From assembly GCA_965228735.1 (NCBI GenBank), contig OZ245838.1, forward strand, positions 736,001 to 800,000: a stretch of 64,000 nt of DNA, written 5' to 3'. The stretch is from Planctomycetota bacterium. Its GTDB lineage: Bacteria; Planctomycetota; UBA1135; UBA2386. This document shows positions 18,679 to 28,316 of this stretch, in pieces. The number at the start of each line of letters is the position of its first letter. Position 1 is the first letter of the stretch. A program made the translations under genes and the position numbers. The notes under the pieces are model-generated. The model was not told the DNA's origin and did not search any database. It saw only the letters and a program-made list of their open reading frames with translations.

Positions 18679-21282
18679 CTACCAGTCGCCGAACGTGTCG
18701 GAGTCGTCCGGCTTGCCCTGGTCGGGCGGCGGCGGCGCGCTCGGGCCGGAGCCCGGTGGGGGCGGCGGCTTGTAGTCGTCGACGCCGTCCTCCCGCACGC
18801 GCGGCGCGCGGCGCTTCGGGCGACCCTTGCCCTCGACGATCGTGCCGAAGGTCGGCACGCGTTTCGGATCGAGTTCGACGTCGAACGCGGTCAGGTCCAT
18901 CGGCGCGGGCTCGATGACTTCGACCTTGCCGCGCCGGTCGCGCGACCGCGGAACGACGTCGACATCGCGACCGCCGCGGCGGCGTTCGCGCCGGTCGCGG
19001 CGCTTCTTCTTGCCGTTCTTGTCCTCGGGCTCGCGGGCCTTCTTGCGGGAACGCTTGGCCTTCTTGCCGCGCGTCCTACGCGGCCCGTCGTCGCCGTCGG
19101 GGTCGCTCGCGTCGGTTTGGTCTTCGGCCTGTGACCCGGCGTCGGTCTCGCGATCGTCGTCGCTGCCCTTGCGTCGGCCGCGCCTGCGGCGGCGCCGTCG
19201 CCGACGGGGTTCGTCACCGTCAGCATCGGCCGCGGCGCTGTCATCGTCGGCGTCGTCGTCGCCCTCGCGGCGGTCGTCCTCACCGTCGTGGTCGTCACCG
19301 GCATCCCCGGCAGCCGATTCTTCGGTGTTCGCGACGGCCTCGTCGTCGTCCTCGTGCCGGCGGCGCCGGCGGCGGCGCCGCCGGCGCTTGCGCGGGCGAT
19401 CCTCGTCGTCGCCCGCAGTCGCAGCGTCGTCGTCAGCAACCCGGTCGTCGGCGTCGCCATCGTCAGGATCGCCGTCTTCAGGATCGCCGTCGTCCGTCGC
19501 CGCGTCGCCGAGGTCGAGTTCCGCCGCGAAGTCGGTGTCGCCGTCGTGATCATCGTTGTCGATCTCGAACCCGGCGTCGCTGTCGTCCCGGTCGGTGTCG
19601 TCCCGGTCGCCGTCGTCCAGATCGGTGTCGGCCGGCTCGGCGTCGCCTGCCGCGGGGCCGCCGAAGATCACATCGACTGCGTCGTCGGGCGTCGACGTCT
19701 TGGTGGCGGCGCCCTTCTTGCTCGCCTTGGCCTTCTTCTTCCTGGTGGTCTTCTTCGCAGCCGACCGGCGCGGAGTGTCGGTCGCGGCGTCGTCATCGGT
19801 CACCTCCGCGGCGTCGTCGTCGCCCGCGCTGCCGGCGGCAATTTCGTCGTCCGATGGCTGCGCGCTCTTCTTCGACCGGCGCTTCCGGCGCGGTTTCTTG
19901 CTCGCGGTCTCGGCATCCGCGGACTCGGCCCCAGCCGCGTCGTCCTCGCCAGCGGGCGCATCCCGATCGTCACGGCGGTCCGCATCGTCATGGCGATCCG
20001 CATCGTCGCGGCGGTCATCGTCACGACGGCGCCGCGCCCGGCGCTTCTTGCCGCTGTTCCGACCCGGCTGCGGGGCGACTGCCTCCTCGAGATCGATGCC
20101 GTGTTCGTCGGCGATGTCGCGCCATCGCTCGAGTTCGTCGGCGTTCCCGGAACCCGCGGCGACGCGTAGCGCGAGCAGTTCGAGCGCCTCGGCGAAGTAG
20201 GGGCCGCGCACGAAGCCGCCGACGCGGAAGCGCCGTTTCTTCTCCGGCGCCGCGAAGCGATGCTGCACGCCACAGATGCGCTTGAGGCAGCCGGCGTCGC
20301 GGCGCGGCAGCTTGAGCGCCTGGCTCAGAGGGCCGAGCAGTTCTTCGGCGATCGACGACGGGCTACGGCCGTTCTCCTGCTCCACGCGCGCGATCACGGC
20401 GCCGAAGTGCAGCACGCCGAGCAGGACCGCGTTGTTGGGCACGTAGCCGCTCGCGACGCGATCGTCGAGCGCGCCGAGCAGGCGCCAGAAGCCGTCACGG
20501 TGCTCGTCGTCGGCATCCGCCAGGAAGTCGGCGACGACGGGCACGAGGCTCTCGAGTGCGCCGACATCCTGCAGCAGCTCGAACGAGCTGACGGCGTGGC
20601 CGCCGCGCAGCAGCCGCAGGATCTCTTCGAGCACGCGCGGGGGCGCGGCGCGGACGAGATCGCCGGCGGTCTCCTTCATCGCCTCGAACGTCTCGGTCTC
20701 GACGTCGAAACCGAGGCGACCCGCGAACTTGGCCGCCCGCAGGATGCGCACCGGGTCCTCGCGGAAGCGCACGGCCGGATCGCCGATCGTGCGGATCACG
20801 CGGGCTTCGAGGTCGGACAGCCCGTCGCACCAGTCGAGGATCTCGTCCTTGGTCGGATCGAGGAACAGCGCGTTGATCGTGAAGTCGCGCCGCAGCGCGT
20901 CTTCTTCGGCCGTGCCGAACTCGTTGTCGCGCGTGATCAGCAGGTCGTCTTCGCTGCCGTCCGCCTCGGGCGGACGGCGGAACGTGCTGACCTCGAGGAT
21001 CTTGGTGTTGCGATCGAAGTGCAGGTGGGCGAGCTTGAACCGCCGGCCGATGATCCGGCAGTTGCGCGGGAACGTGCGCTTGACCTGCTGCGGCCGCGCG
21101 GACGTCGCGATGTCGAAGTCCTTGGGCGCGCGATCGAGCAGCAGGTCACGGACGCAGCCGCCGACCAGGTACGCCTCGAAGCCGCGGCTCGCGAGGCGCT
21201 GCGTCGCCTTCACGGCGTCGCTGTCGAGCTTGCCCAGGTCGGCCCCCGTGGGCGAGAGTACTGTCGGTTCTATCTTCGCCAA
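18679..21282 (-). CDS. pcnB: Poly(A) polymerase with very long acidic/Arg-rich disordered C-terminus
   Basis: YLVGGCVRDLL, KDFDIAT, PAP-diagnostic IIGRRFKLAHL, RRDFTINAL, EDPVRILR. Confidence 0.88.
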   Translation of the reverse strand: MAKIEPTVLSPTGADLGKLDSDAVKATQRLASRGFEAYLVGGCVRDLLLDRAPKDFDIATSARPQQVKRTFPRNCRIIGRRFKLAHLHFDRNTKILEVSTFRRPPEADGSEDDLLITRDNEFGTAEEDALRRDFTINALFLDPTKDEILDWCDGLSDLEARVIRTIGDPAVRFREDPVRILRAAKFAGRLGFDVETETFEAMKETAGDLVRAAPPRVLEEILRLLRGGHAVSSFELLQDVGALESLVPVVADFLADADDEHRDGFWRLLGALDDRVASGYVPNNAVLLGVLHFGAVIARVEQENGRSPSSIAEELLGPLSQALKLPRRDAGCLKRICGVQHRFAAPEKKRRFRVGGFVRGPYFAEALELLALRVAAGSGNADELERWRDIADEHGIDLEEAVAPQPGRNSGKKRRARRRRDDDRRDDADRHDDADRRDDRDAPAGEDDAAGAESADAETASKKPRRKRRSKKSAQPSDDEIAAGSAGDDDAAEVTDDDAATDTPRRSAAKKTTRKKKAKASKKGAATKTSTPDDAVDVIFGGPAAGDAEPADTDLDDGDRDDTDRDDSDAGFEIDNDDHDGDTDFAAELDLGDAATDDGDPEDGDPDDGDADDRVADDDAATAGDDEDRPRKRRRRRRRRRRHEDDDEAVANTEESAAGDAGDDHDGEDDRREGDDDADDDSAAADADGDEPRRRRRRRRRGRRKGSDDDRETDAGSQAEDQTDASDPDGDDGPRRTRGKKAKRSRKKAREPEDKNGKKKRRDRRERRRGGRDVDVVPRSRDRRGKVEVIEPAPMDLTAFDVELDPKRVPTFGTIVEGKGRPKRRAPRVREDGVDDYKPPPPPGSGPSAPPPPDQGKPDDSDTFGDW

Positions 21283-21347
21283 TCGTTCGAACGCTTAGGT
21301 CTGACAACGGTTTATCCGGGCCTTCGGCAGCCGCAAACAGTTTGTCG

Positions 21348-22016
21348 TCAGATCTGCAGACCGCCGTCGACGGTCAGCACCTGGCCGGTCACGTAATCGG
21401 CTTCGGGCGAAAGCAGATAGCGCACCAGCGGCGTGACATCCGCAGGGCTGCCGAGGCGGCCGGCCGGCACTTTCTGCAGCAGGCGGGCCTGCGACTCGGC
21501 GTGGCTCTGTGGGTGGGCGATCAGGCCGGGCGAGATCACGTTCACCGTGACCCCGCTGCTGGCCACCTCGCCCGCGAGCGACTGCGCGAGCTGGATCACG
21601 GCCGCCTTGGTCGCGAAGTAGACCGGGGCGCGCAGCATGGCGCGGTGGCGGTTGGCGCCCGCGGCGGCGAACAGGATCACGCGGCCGCGGCCGGCCTCGA
21701 CCATGCTCGGCACGATGGCCTGCAGGCAGTGGAAGACGGTGTCGACGTTGGAGGCGAACTGGGCGCGGTAGGTCGAGCTGTCCGTCTGCAGCAGCGGCGC
21801 CTCGGCGAAGTCGCCGATCGTGTGGATCAGCGCGGTTGGAGTACCATGCTGTTGCTGGAACTCGGCGAACGCCCGCGTCACCGAGTCGGGGTCGGTCGCG
21901 TCGACCCCGGAGCTGCGCGTCCAGACGACCGCGCGATCGCCGAGGTCGTCGGCGATCGCCTTGCCGATGCCCTGGCCGCCGCCGACGACGACGATGCGTT
22001 CGTTGCGGTTGGCCAA
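21348..22016 (-). CDS. Short-chain dehydrogenase/reductase
   Basis: GGGQGIG, YxxxK (YFATK), VNVISPG, YVTGQVLTVDGG. Confidence 0.9.
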   Translation of the reverse strand: MANRNERIVVVGGGQGIGKAIADDLGDRAVVWTRSSGVDATDPDSVTRAFAEFQQQHGTPTALIHTIGDFAEAPLLQTDSSTYRAQFASNVDTVFHCLQAIVPSMVEAGRGRVILFAAAGANRHRAMLRAPVYFATKAAVIQLAQSLAGEVASSGVTVNVISPGLIAHPQSHAESQARLLQKVPAGRLGSPADVTPLVRYLLSPEADYVTGQVLTVDGGLQI

Positions 22017-22019
22017 GGG

Positions 22020-23516
22020 CTACTTCTCGCGCAGCCAGCCGATGATGTCGCGGATCTTCGGCGGGTTGCCAGTCATCAGAATGCCGATGCGGAAGATCTT
22101 GCCGGCCGCCTTGAACGCGAACCAAACGCTGAACAGGATCAAGGCCGTCGTGATCACGTACTCGATCGTCGAAGGGGGGCCACTAGCGCGGTTCATCATC
22201 GCGAACGGCGTGTAGATCGGGATGTAGGTGAAGACCTTGGCCATGAGCCCGTTGGGCTCCTGCACGATCGGCACCATCGCGAGCAGGGGCACCATGAGCA
22301 GCAGGATGACGGGCTGCTGCAGGTTTTGTGCTTCCTTGAGGCTGTTGCAGACCGAACCGAGCGCCACGAGCATCGCGGCGAACATCAGGTAACCGGTGAA
22401 GAAGTAGGCGATGAACGACGCCAGGTAGAGCGGGTCGGACGCGATCGCGAGCAGCTTGAGGTTGGCGACGAACGGCACGAACTCCGCGCCGATGTACATC
22501 CCGAGCACGCCGAATATGGCCCACGAGACCACGATCGTCAGGCCGGTGGCACCTATGCCCCAGATCTTGCCGGCCATGAGCTCGCTTGGCGAACACGACG
22601 ACAGCAGCACTTCGATGATGCGGTTACTCTTCTCTTCGACGGTGTTCGTAAGTAGGAATTGGGCGGCGGTGAACACCGCGATCCAGAGGAGGTAGACGAA
22701 AAAGACGGGGGCGAAGTTGTAGGCGCGGTCAGCCGCTTCGATGTCCTTCGTCGCGGCGCTGCCTTGTTCCGCGGGAGGGGCCTTGGCGACGAAAGACACG
22801 CTCTCACTCACGAACTTCGCGGTAGCCGGTGAGATGTCGGCTTGCGCCAGACGCTGCCCGCGGATGACGCGTGTTGCGGCGCTGCCGTACCAGTTCTTGA
22901 GATCGTTGTCGTTCGTGTTCTCGCAGATGAACTGGACGTTGCTCTTCCTGACCTGCTGTGGCTTGCCGTCCTCGCCCTCTTCCGTGATCTCGTAGGTGAG
23001 GTCTGCGACCGGGTCGTTTCGCAGTACGAAGAACCCGAACAGCTTGCCGTCGCGCACCCGGTCGTTGAGTGCGGCCATGATCTCACTCTCCGACTTGCCG
23101 GTGAGTTCCAAGTCCTCGAGGCTGCGGTAGCGGAACTTCTCTTTTCGTTCGGCGAGCTTCTTGTCGAGCATCTGCCGCTGCTCGGCCGGCATGAGTGACA
23201 TGCCGGCCTCGATCTGCTCGATCGTGATACTCTTGGCCGCGTCGCGATACTCCGCCGGGAACTGATCGATGTTTTCCGTGATCAGATCCAGGATGTCGCC
23301 GTTGCGCGCGGACTCCTCGATCGCCGTTCCGAGCTTGGACACGGTGAAGTCGGCGACCGTGTAGACCTGCGTCTCCTTGGTCTGCTCCATGAGCCAGCCG
23401 ATGAAGATCGCGACGGCGAAGATCAGCGGGAACGAGAGGATGCCGAGCCAAAACGTCTTGGTCCGGACCATCTCGACATATTCGCGTTGCGCGACGAGGA
23501 ACGTACGGCTGGCCAT
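22020..23516 (-). CDS. ABC-2 type exporter permease (NatB-like)
   Basis: AQREY, VEEKSNRIIEVLLSS, LMAGKI; one N-terminal TM, large loop, several C-terminal TMs. Confidence 0.9.
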   Translation of the reverse strand: MASRTFLVAQREYVEMVRTKTFWLGILSFPLIFAVAIFIGWLMEQTKETQVYTVADFTVSKLGTAIEESARNGDILDLITENIDQFPAEYRDAAKSITIEQIEAGMSLMPAEQRQMLDKKLAERKEKFRYRSLEDLELTGKSESEIMAALNDRVRDGKLFGFFVLRNDPVADLTYEITEEGEDGKPQQVRKSNVQFICENTNDNDLKNWYGSAATRVIRGQRLAQADISPATAKFVSESVSFVAKAPPAEQGSAATKDIEAADRAYNFAPVFFVYLLWIAVFTAAQFLLTNTVEEKSNRIIEVLLSSCSPSELMAGKIWGIGATGLTIVVSWAIFGVLGMYIGAEFVPFVANLKLLAIASDPLYLASFIAYFFTGYLMFAAMLVALGSVCNSLKEAQNLQQPVILLLMVPLLAMVPIVQEPNGLMAKVFTYIPIYTPFAMMNRASGPPSTIEYVITTALILFSVWFAFKAAGKIFRIGILMTGNPPKIRDIIGWLREK

Positions 23517-24439
23517 CAGGCTGCTCCTCCCGCGAGCGCGGCATCGCGTTCTTCGACCGTCTGAACGAACACCTCGTGCAGTGACGGTTCGCCGTAGTCG
23601 AAGCTGCGGACCTCGACCTGGTCCATGATCCAGCGTAGAGCCTGCTGTGGGTCAGCGCCGTCCTGAAGGAAGATCTCGGCGCTGCGGCCCTGATCGTTGA
23701 TGCGAGACATGCCCGGCAGCGCCTTCAAGGCCTGGCCGTCGCCGTCGTAGCTGATGCGAATCCCGAAGTCGCGGCCCGCCTTGATCTCCGGGATCGTCCC
23801 CGCGAACGCCAGCTTGCCCTTGTGGATCATCATCGCGGCGTCACACAGCTGCTCGGCCTGCTCCATCACGTGCGTGCTGAAGATCACGGTCCGCCCCTCC
23901 TGCTTCATCTGCAGGATCGTGTCGCGCATCACGTCACGATTGACCGGGTCCAAGCCGCTGAACGGCTCGTCGAGGATCACGAGGTCCGGGTCGTGGATGA
24001 TCGTGCCGAGGATCTGGACCTTCTGGCCCATGCCCTTGCTCATCGCCTCGCACTTCTTGTCGAGCCAATCGCCGAGGCCGAAGCGCGTCAGCAGCTCCTT
24101 GGCCTTCTCGTTGGCCGTGCTGCTGTCCATGCCCTTGAGCTTGCCGAAGTAGGCGACGATCTCCGCCGTCTTCATCTTCTTGTAGAGGCCCTTCTCCTCC
24201 GGCAGGTAGCCCAGGCGGTCCTTGACCTCCTTGGCGTCGGAATGCCCGAGCACCGATATGGTGCCCGAATCCTGATGGAAGATGCTCATCACCATGCGGA
24301 TGGTGGTCGTCTTGCCGGCGCCGTTCTGGCCGAGGAAGCCATAGATGCAGCCGGTAGGGACCGAGAGCGAGAGGTCGTCGACGGCGACGAACTTCCCGAA
24401 CCGCTTGGTGACGCCTGAGAGTACGAGGGCGTCGCTCAT
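23516..24439 (-). CDS. ABC exporter ATP-binding subunit (NatA-like)
   Basis: GQNGAGKTT, MSKGMGQK, ILDEPFSGLDP, STH, C-terminal EPSLHEVF. Confidence 0.95.
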   Translation of the reverse strand: MSDALVLSGVTKRFGKFVAVDDLSLSVPTGCIYGFLGQNGAGKTTTIRMVMSIFHQDSGTISVLGHSDAKEVKDRLGYLPEEKGLYKKMKTAEIVAYFGKLKGMDSSTANEKAKELLTRFGLGDWLDKKCEAMSKGMGQKVQILGTIIHDPDLVILDEPFSGLDPVNRDVMRDTILQMKQEGRTVIFSTHVMEQAEQLCDAAMMIHKGKLAFAGTIPEIKAGRDFGIRISYDGDGQALKALPGMSRINDQGRSAEIFLQDGADPQQALRWIMDQVEVRSFDYGEPSLHEVFVQTVEERDAALAGGAA

Positions 24440-24487
24440 GATTCGTTGCGGCCGTGGAGTGGCCGCGCGCTCGGGAACTTTGTCGGG

Positions 24488-24829
24488 TCAGTCGCGCTCG
24501 AACAAGAGCGCCGCTGCGCGATCGTTCTCGAGGTCGTGCAGCGCGTTCGGGAGCGCCGGACGCGCCGGCGGCGCGGGCAGCAGCGAGGGCGCGGGGCCGA
24601 GGCGTTCGCGCAGCCGCTCGGCGACCGCGACGGCCTGGGCGATGCCGAAGCCGGCGTCCTCGGGGCCGGGCCCACGCTCGCGATCGACCGCGAGCAGGAA
24701 GTCGGGGCCGAACGACGACGCGTCGACGCCCGTTCCCGAACCGAGCTCACGCCCGAGCGACGGCAGCACCGGCGCGCTCAGGATGCGCGAGAGATCGGGC
24801 CGCGGGCTGCTGTCGACGGAGTCTGCCAC
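24488..24829 (-). CDS. Hypothetical protein
   Basis: 113-aa ORF filling the gap on the operon strand; no motif recognised. Confidence 0.4.
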   Translation of the reverse strand: MADSVDSSPRPDLSRILSAPVLPSLGRELGSGTGVDASSFGPDFLLAVDRERGPGPEDAGFGIAQAVAVAERLRERLGPAPSLLPAPPARPALPNALHDLENDRAAALLFERD

Positions 24830-24877
24830 GGCGGGGCCTTCGGGCCGATCTGCGAGATCCTTGAGCGCGAAGTCTCA

Positions 24878-24985
24878 GAGTGACCCGTACGGAACCTGGT
24901 TCATGCTGCCGGCCGCCGCAACGCCAACCGGCGAGGTAACGCCCTCGCGGCCGGCAGCATGAACCAGGTTCCGTACGGGTCACTC
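24878..24985. repeat. 108-bp palindromic element (family B)
   Basis: 39-bp perfect inverted arms GAGTGACCCGTACGGAACCTGGTTCATGCTGCCGGCCGC with a 30-nt spacer. Confidence 0.9.
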
Positions 24986-26209
24986 CTGGAAGCGGCGCGG
25001 GGCGAACATCGGTAGCGCGGGGGCGTCGCAGTCGCCGTCAGTGATCAACTCCGCGAGGCAGCGGCCGGCCAGGAACGCGAAGCTCAGGCCGTAGCCGTTG
25101 AACGCTAGCAGCGCGAAGTGGCCGGACGCGCCGGGCAGCGCGCCGAGTAGCGGCAGGCCGTCGGGCGTGCCGGCCATGATGCCGGTCCACTGGTGGGGGA
25201 ACGTGGCGTCGCGCAGGACCGGGAAGTGCCGGTCGACGTAGCCGCGCAGGTTCTCGGTGATCGCGGGATTGACGACGGAATCGTCGGTCGTGCCCTGTTC
25301 TTCGCCGGGCACCGACCAGCGCATGCCGCCGATCACGAAGCGGCCGCGGTGCACGCGGAAGTACTCGTAGCAGAAGTTGCTCGACATCGCGTAGGGCGGG
25401 AACTTCGTCGCGAGCTCCAACGGCAGCGGGTCGGTTGCGATGACCTGGCCGCGGAACGGAAAGACCGTGCGCGCGAGCAGGCCGCTCGGGTCGACGTCGC
25501 GACCGAGCGCCGAGGTGCAGTGCGCGACCATCGCGGCTTCGACCTTGCGGCCGCCCGCGACCGTGAGTTCGAGCGCGCCGGCCTCGCCAGTGATCCGTTC
25601 GACGGCCGCGTTCTCGTGCAGCGTCGCGCCGGCCGCCTGCGCGCTGCCCGCGATGCCGCGCACGAGCCGGGCCGGCTGCAGCACGGCCTCCTCGGGCAGA
25701 TGCAGCGCGCCGTGGAAGCCTTCGCCGAGCGGCAGCCACTGCCCGAGGTCCCGCGCTTCGACGAGCTCGAACGGGCGGCGCTCGCGCGCCAGCAGTTCGG
25801 CCGCCTCCTCGAGCTCGGTCCATTCGTGCTCGGTCTCGGCGAGGCGCAGGCCGCCGAGCTGGGCGAAGTCACATTCGATGCCCGCGCGCTCGAGGTGCGC
25901 GCGCAGTGCTACGTGATTGTCGCGCAGGAAGTCCCAGAGCAGGGGCGCCTTCTCGGCGCCGAATTGGCTGTGGATCCGGTGGTAGTGCTCGCCGAGTCCG
26001 AGCAGCAGCTGGCCGTCGTTGCGGCCGCTCGCCCGCCCCGCGATCATCCCGGACTCGAGCAGCGCGACCCGCACGCCGCGCTCGGCGAGGTGTAGCGCCG
26101 TCGAGACACCCGCGATGCCGCCACCGATCACGGCGACGTCGACCCGGTCGGGCAGTTCGCCCGCGGGGGCCACGGGAGCGGATTCGGTCAACCAGAGGGA
26201 CGCGCTCAC
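24980..26209 (-). CDS. FAD-dependent oxidoreductase (DAO/PuuB-like)
   Basis: VAVIGGGIAG, ASGRNDG, QWTGIM, TPDGLP, FNGYG; GTG start inferred before SLW. Confidence 0.88.
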   Translation of the reverse strand: MSASLWLTESAPVAPAGELPDRVDVAVIGGGIAGVSTALHLAERGVRVALLESGMIAGRASGRNDGQLLLGLGEHYHRIHSQFGAEKAPLLWDFLRDNHVALRAHLERAGIECDFAQLGGLRLAETEHEWTELEEAAELLARERRPFELVEARDLGQWLPLGEGFHGALHLPEEAVLQPARLVRGIAGSAQAAGATLHENAAVERITGEAGALELTVAGGRKVEAAMVAHCTSALGRDVDPSGLLARTVFPFRGQVIATDPLPLELATKFPPYAMSSNFCYEYFRVHRGRFVIGGMRWSVPGEEQGTTDDSVVNPAITENLRGYVDRHFPVLRDATFPHQWTGIMAGTPDGLPLLGALPGASGHFALLAFNGYGLSFAFLAGRCLAELITDGDCDAPALPMFAPRRFQE

Positions 26210-26400
26210 CCGCGTGATCCTGCCGCCGGTCGCTGGCCGGCGAAAGGGCGGGGCCACGCGAATCGGCCCTCGAGATCGGCCCGAATGCGAGACGAACCAA
26301 TCCCGGATCTCGCCGGACTCGGAGTCCTCGGCGGCGGATCGATACGAGGTGGCTGGGGAAGAAAGGCGTCGGCGTTGCGCGGCAGCGGTGGTGATGGGAT

Positions 26401-26431
26401 GCCGCCGCGACCTGGTGGGGGTCGCGGCGGC
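26401..26431. terminator. GC-rich hairpin, possible terminator or stabiliser downstream of small ORF
   Basis: 12-bp perfect stem GCCGCCGCGACC/GGTCGCGGCGGC; no clear U-tract. Confidence 0.4.
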
Positions 26432-26483
26432 TCCCGGCTGCGCGCGCACGATCCTGACGCGAACTCGGGCGGTCCGTCCGGTG

Positions 26484-26582
26484 CTACTGCACGAAGAACA
26501 GGAGCGCGAGCAGGCCGATGGCGGCCAGGGTCAGGGTAACCGACGTGCGATTCAGCGCTGTGGTGGTGGTGGCTGTACGCAT
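26484..26582 (-). CDS. Putative 32-aa single-TM small protein
   Basis: MRTATTTTALNRTSVTLTLAAIGLLALLFFVQ; A/C-rich leader; downstream hairpin. Confidence 0.45.
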   Translation of the reverse strand: MRTATTTTALNRTSVTLTLAAIGLLALLFFVQ

Positions 26583-27031
26583 GGGGTCGAGAACGCCTTG
26601 GGTTCTTGGGTGTGGTGTAGGGATCGCTGCTGATCTGGTTGTGGTGCTCACGGTGGTGTCAGGACGTCGCCCCAGCGGCGGCGTCACGAACAAGTAGTCG
26701 GCCCCAACCCTGAGGTTGCAACCGGGCTTGTGAGAGAACGGGCGGGGTTCCCGGTGGGCTGCGGCGGGCGATGGCGCTTGCTGTCCACCGTTTGTCGTCG
26801 CGGGCGCGGCTTGGCTGTCGCAATCGCGGCCGGAATCCGTAGTCTCCTCGCGCCGAATCGGGCCGTCGGCCGGTTCCGTTCCCGCGGCGCCGGGTCTCGT
26901 GGCGCCAAATCGCGGTGAACCAGATCGCGCTGAACCGGTGTGGTGTCGGTTCTAGCGGGTGCTGACCCGCCTGCCGGCCCTGGGGTGCAGTAGTTGCGCC
27001 CATGCGTAAGAACATAGACGAAGTACCATCC

Positions 27032-28192
27032 ATGAGCAAGGAACTGCGACTCTTCACCAGCGAATCCGTGAGCGAAGGCCACCCGGACAAGGTCTGCGAC
27101 CAGATCTCGGACGCCGTCCTCGACGCGATCCTGACCCAGGACCCCGACTCGCGCGTCGCGTGCGAGACGATGACCTCGCGTGGCTTCGTGGTGGTGGCCG
27201 GCGAGATCACGACGAAGGCCGTGATCGACATCCAGTCGGTGGTCCGCGACACGATCAAGGAGATCGGCTACGACGACCCCGACGCCGGCTTCGACCACAA
27301 CTCCTGCGCGGTCCTCGCGTCGATCCAGAAGCAGTCGGCCGACATCGCGCTGGGCGTCGACGAGGCCACGTCGCAGAGCAACGACCAGGGCGCTGGCGAC
27401 CAGGGCATGATGTTCGGCTACGCGTGCCGCGAGACGGACGCGCTGATGCCGTTCCCGATCCACTACTCGCACCGCATCCTCGAGGCCCTCGCCGCGGCGC
27501 GGAAGAGCGGCAAGCACGGCTTCCTGCGCCCCGACAGCAAGAGCCAGCTCACGGTCGAGTACGACGACGCCGGCAAGCCGGTGCGCATCAACACGGTCGT
27601 CATCTCCCACATGCACACGGCCGACGCGAGCAACGAGGAGATCCATGGCGCGCTCAAGTCGGTCGCGACCGAGGTGCTGCCGCCGGCGATGATCGACGGC
27701 GACACCAAGTGGTTCCTCAACCCGACCGGCCGCTTCGTCGACGGCGGGCCGAAGGCCGACGCCGGTCTGACGGGCCGCAAGATCATCGTCGATACCTACG
27801 GTGGCATGGGGCGCCACGGTGGCGGCGCGTTCTCGGGCAAGGACTCGAGCAAGGTCGACCGCTCGGCCGCGTACGCGTCGCGCTGGGTCGCGAAGAACGT
27901 CGTCGGTGCCGGCTTCGCCGAGCGCTGCGAGATCCAGGTCGCCTACGCGATCGGCATCGCCGAGCCCGTGAGCATCCGCTGCGACACGTTCGGCACCAAC
28001 ACGGTCGACGAGGACAAGCTCACCGCAGCGATCCGCGAGGTGTTCGATCTGCGCCCGGCAGCGATCGTGCGCGACCTCGAGCTCAAGACGCCCAACTTCA
28101 AGCGCACCGCGGCGTACGGCCACTTCGGTCGGCCGGAGTTCGCCTGGGAGCGCCTCAATCGCGTCGACGCGCTGCGCGGCCAGCTCAGCTGA
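27032..28192 (+). CDS. metK: S-adenosylmethionine synthetase
   Basis: [42 protein letters not shown]. Confidence 0.98.
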   Translation: MSKELRLFTSESVSEGHPDKVCDQISDAVLDAILTQDPDSRVACETMTSRGFVVVAGEITTKAVIDIQSVVRDTIKEIGYDDPDAGFDHNSCAVLASIQKQSADIALGVDEATSQSNDQGAGDQGMMFGYACRETDALMPFPIHYSHRILEALAAARKSGKHGFLRPDSKSQLTVEYDDAGKPVRINTVVISHMHTADASNEEIHGALKSVATEVLPPAMIDGDTKWFLNPTGRFVDGGPKADAGLTGRKIIVDTYGGMGRHGGGAFSGKDSSKVDRSAAYASRWVAKNVVGAGFAERCEIQVAYAIGIAEPVSIRCDTFGTNTVDEDKLTAAIREVFDLRPAAIVRDLELKTPNFKRTAAYGHFGRPEFAWERLNRVDALRGQLS

Positions 28193-28316
28193 GCCGCCGC
28201 GGTCGCGAATGCCGGGCGATTTCGGTCGACGGCTTGGTTTCGTTCCGCGGTGGCGCGACTATTGCTCATCGAAGCCCTTACGAACGGGCCGGTTTGCGGT
28301 CCGATGAGGTAACGCG

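Noticed and set aside
14830..19134. 1434-aa plus-strand ORF
   Set aside because: Antisense shadow of purL/panB/pcnB; stop-poor reverse frames are expected at this GC content; no motifs
26700..27031. SAM riboswitch upstream of metK
   Set aside because: No SAM-I/II/IV consensus recognised by eye; an Rfam scan is needed to exclude it fully
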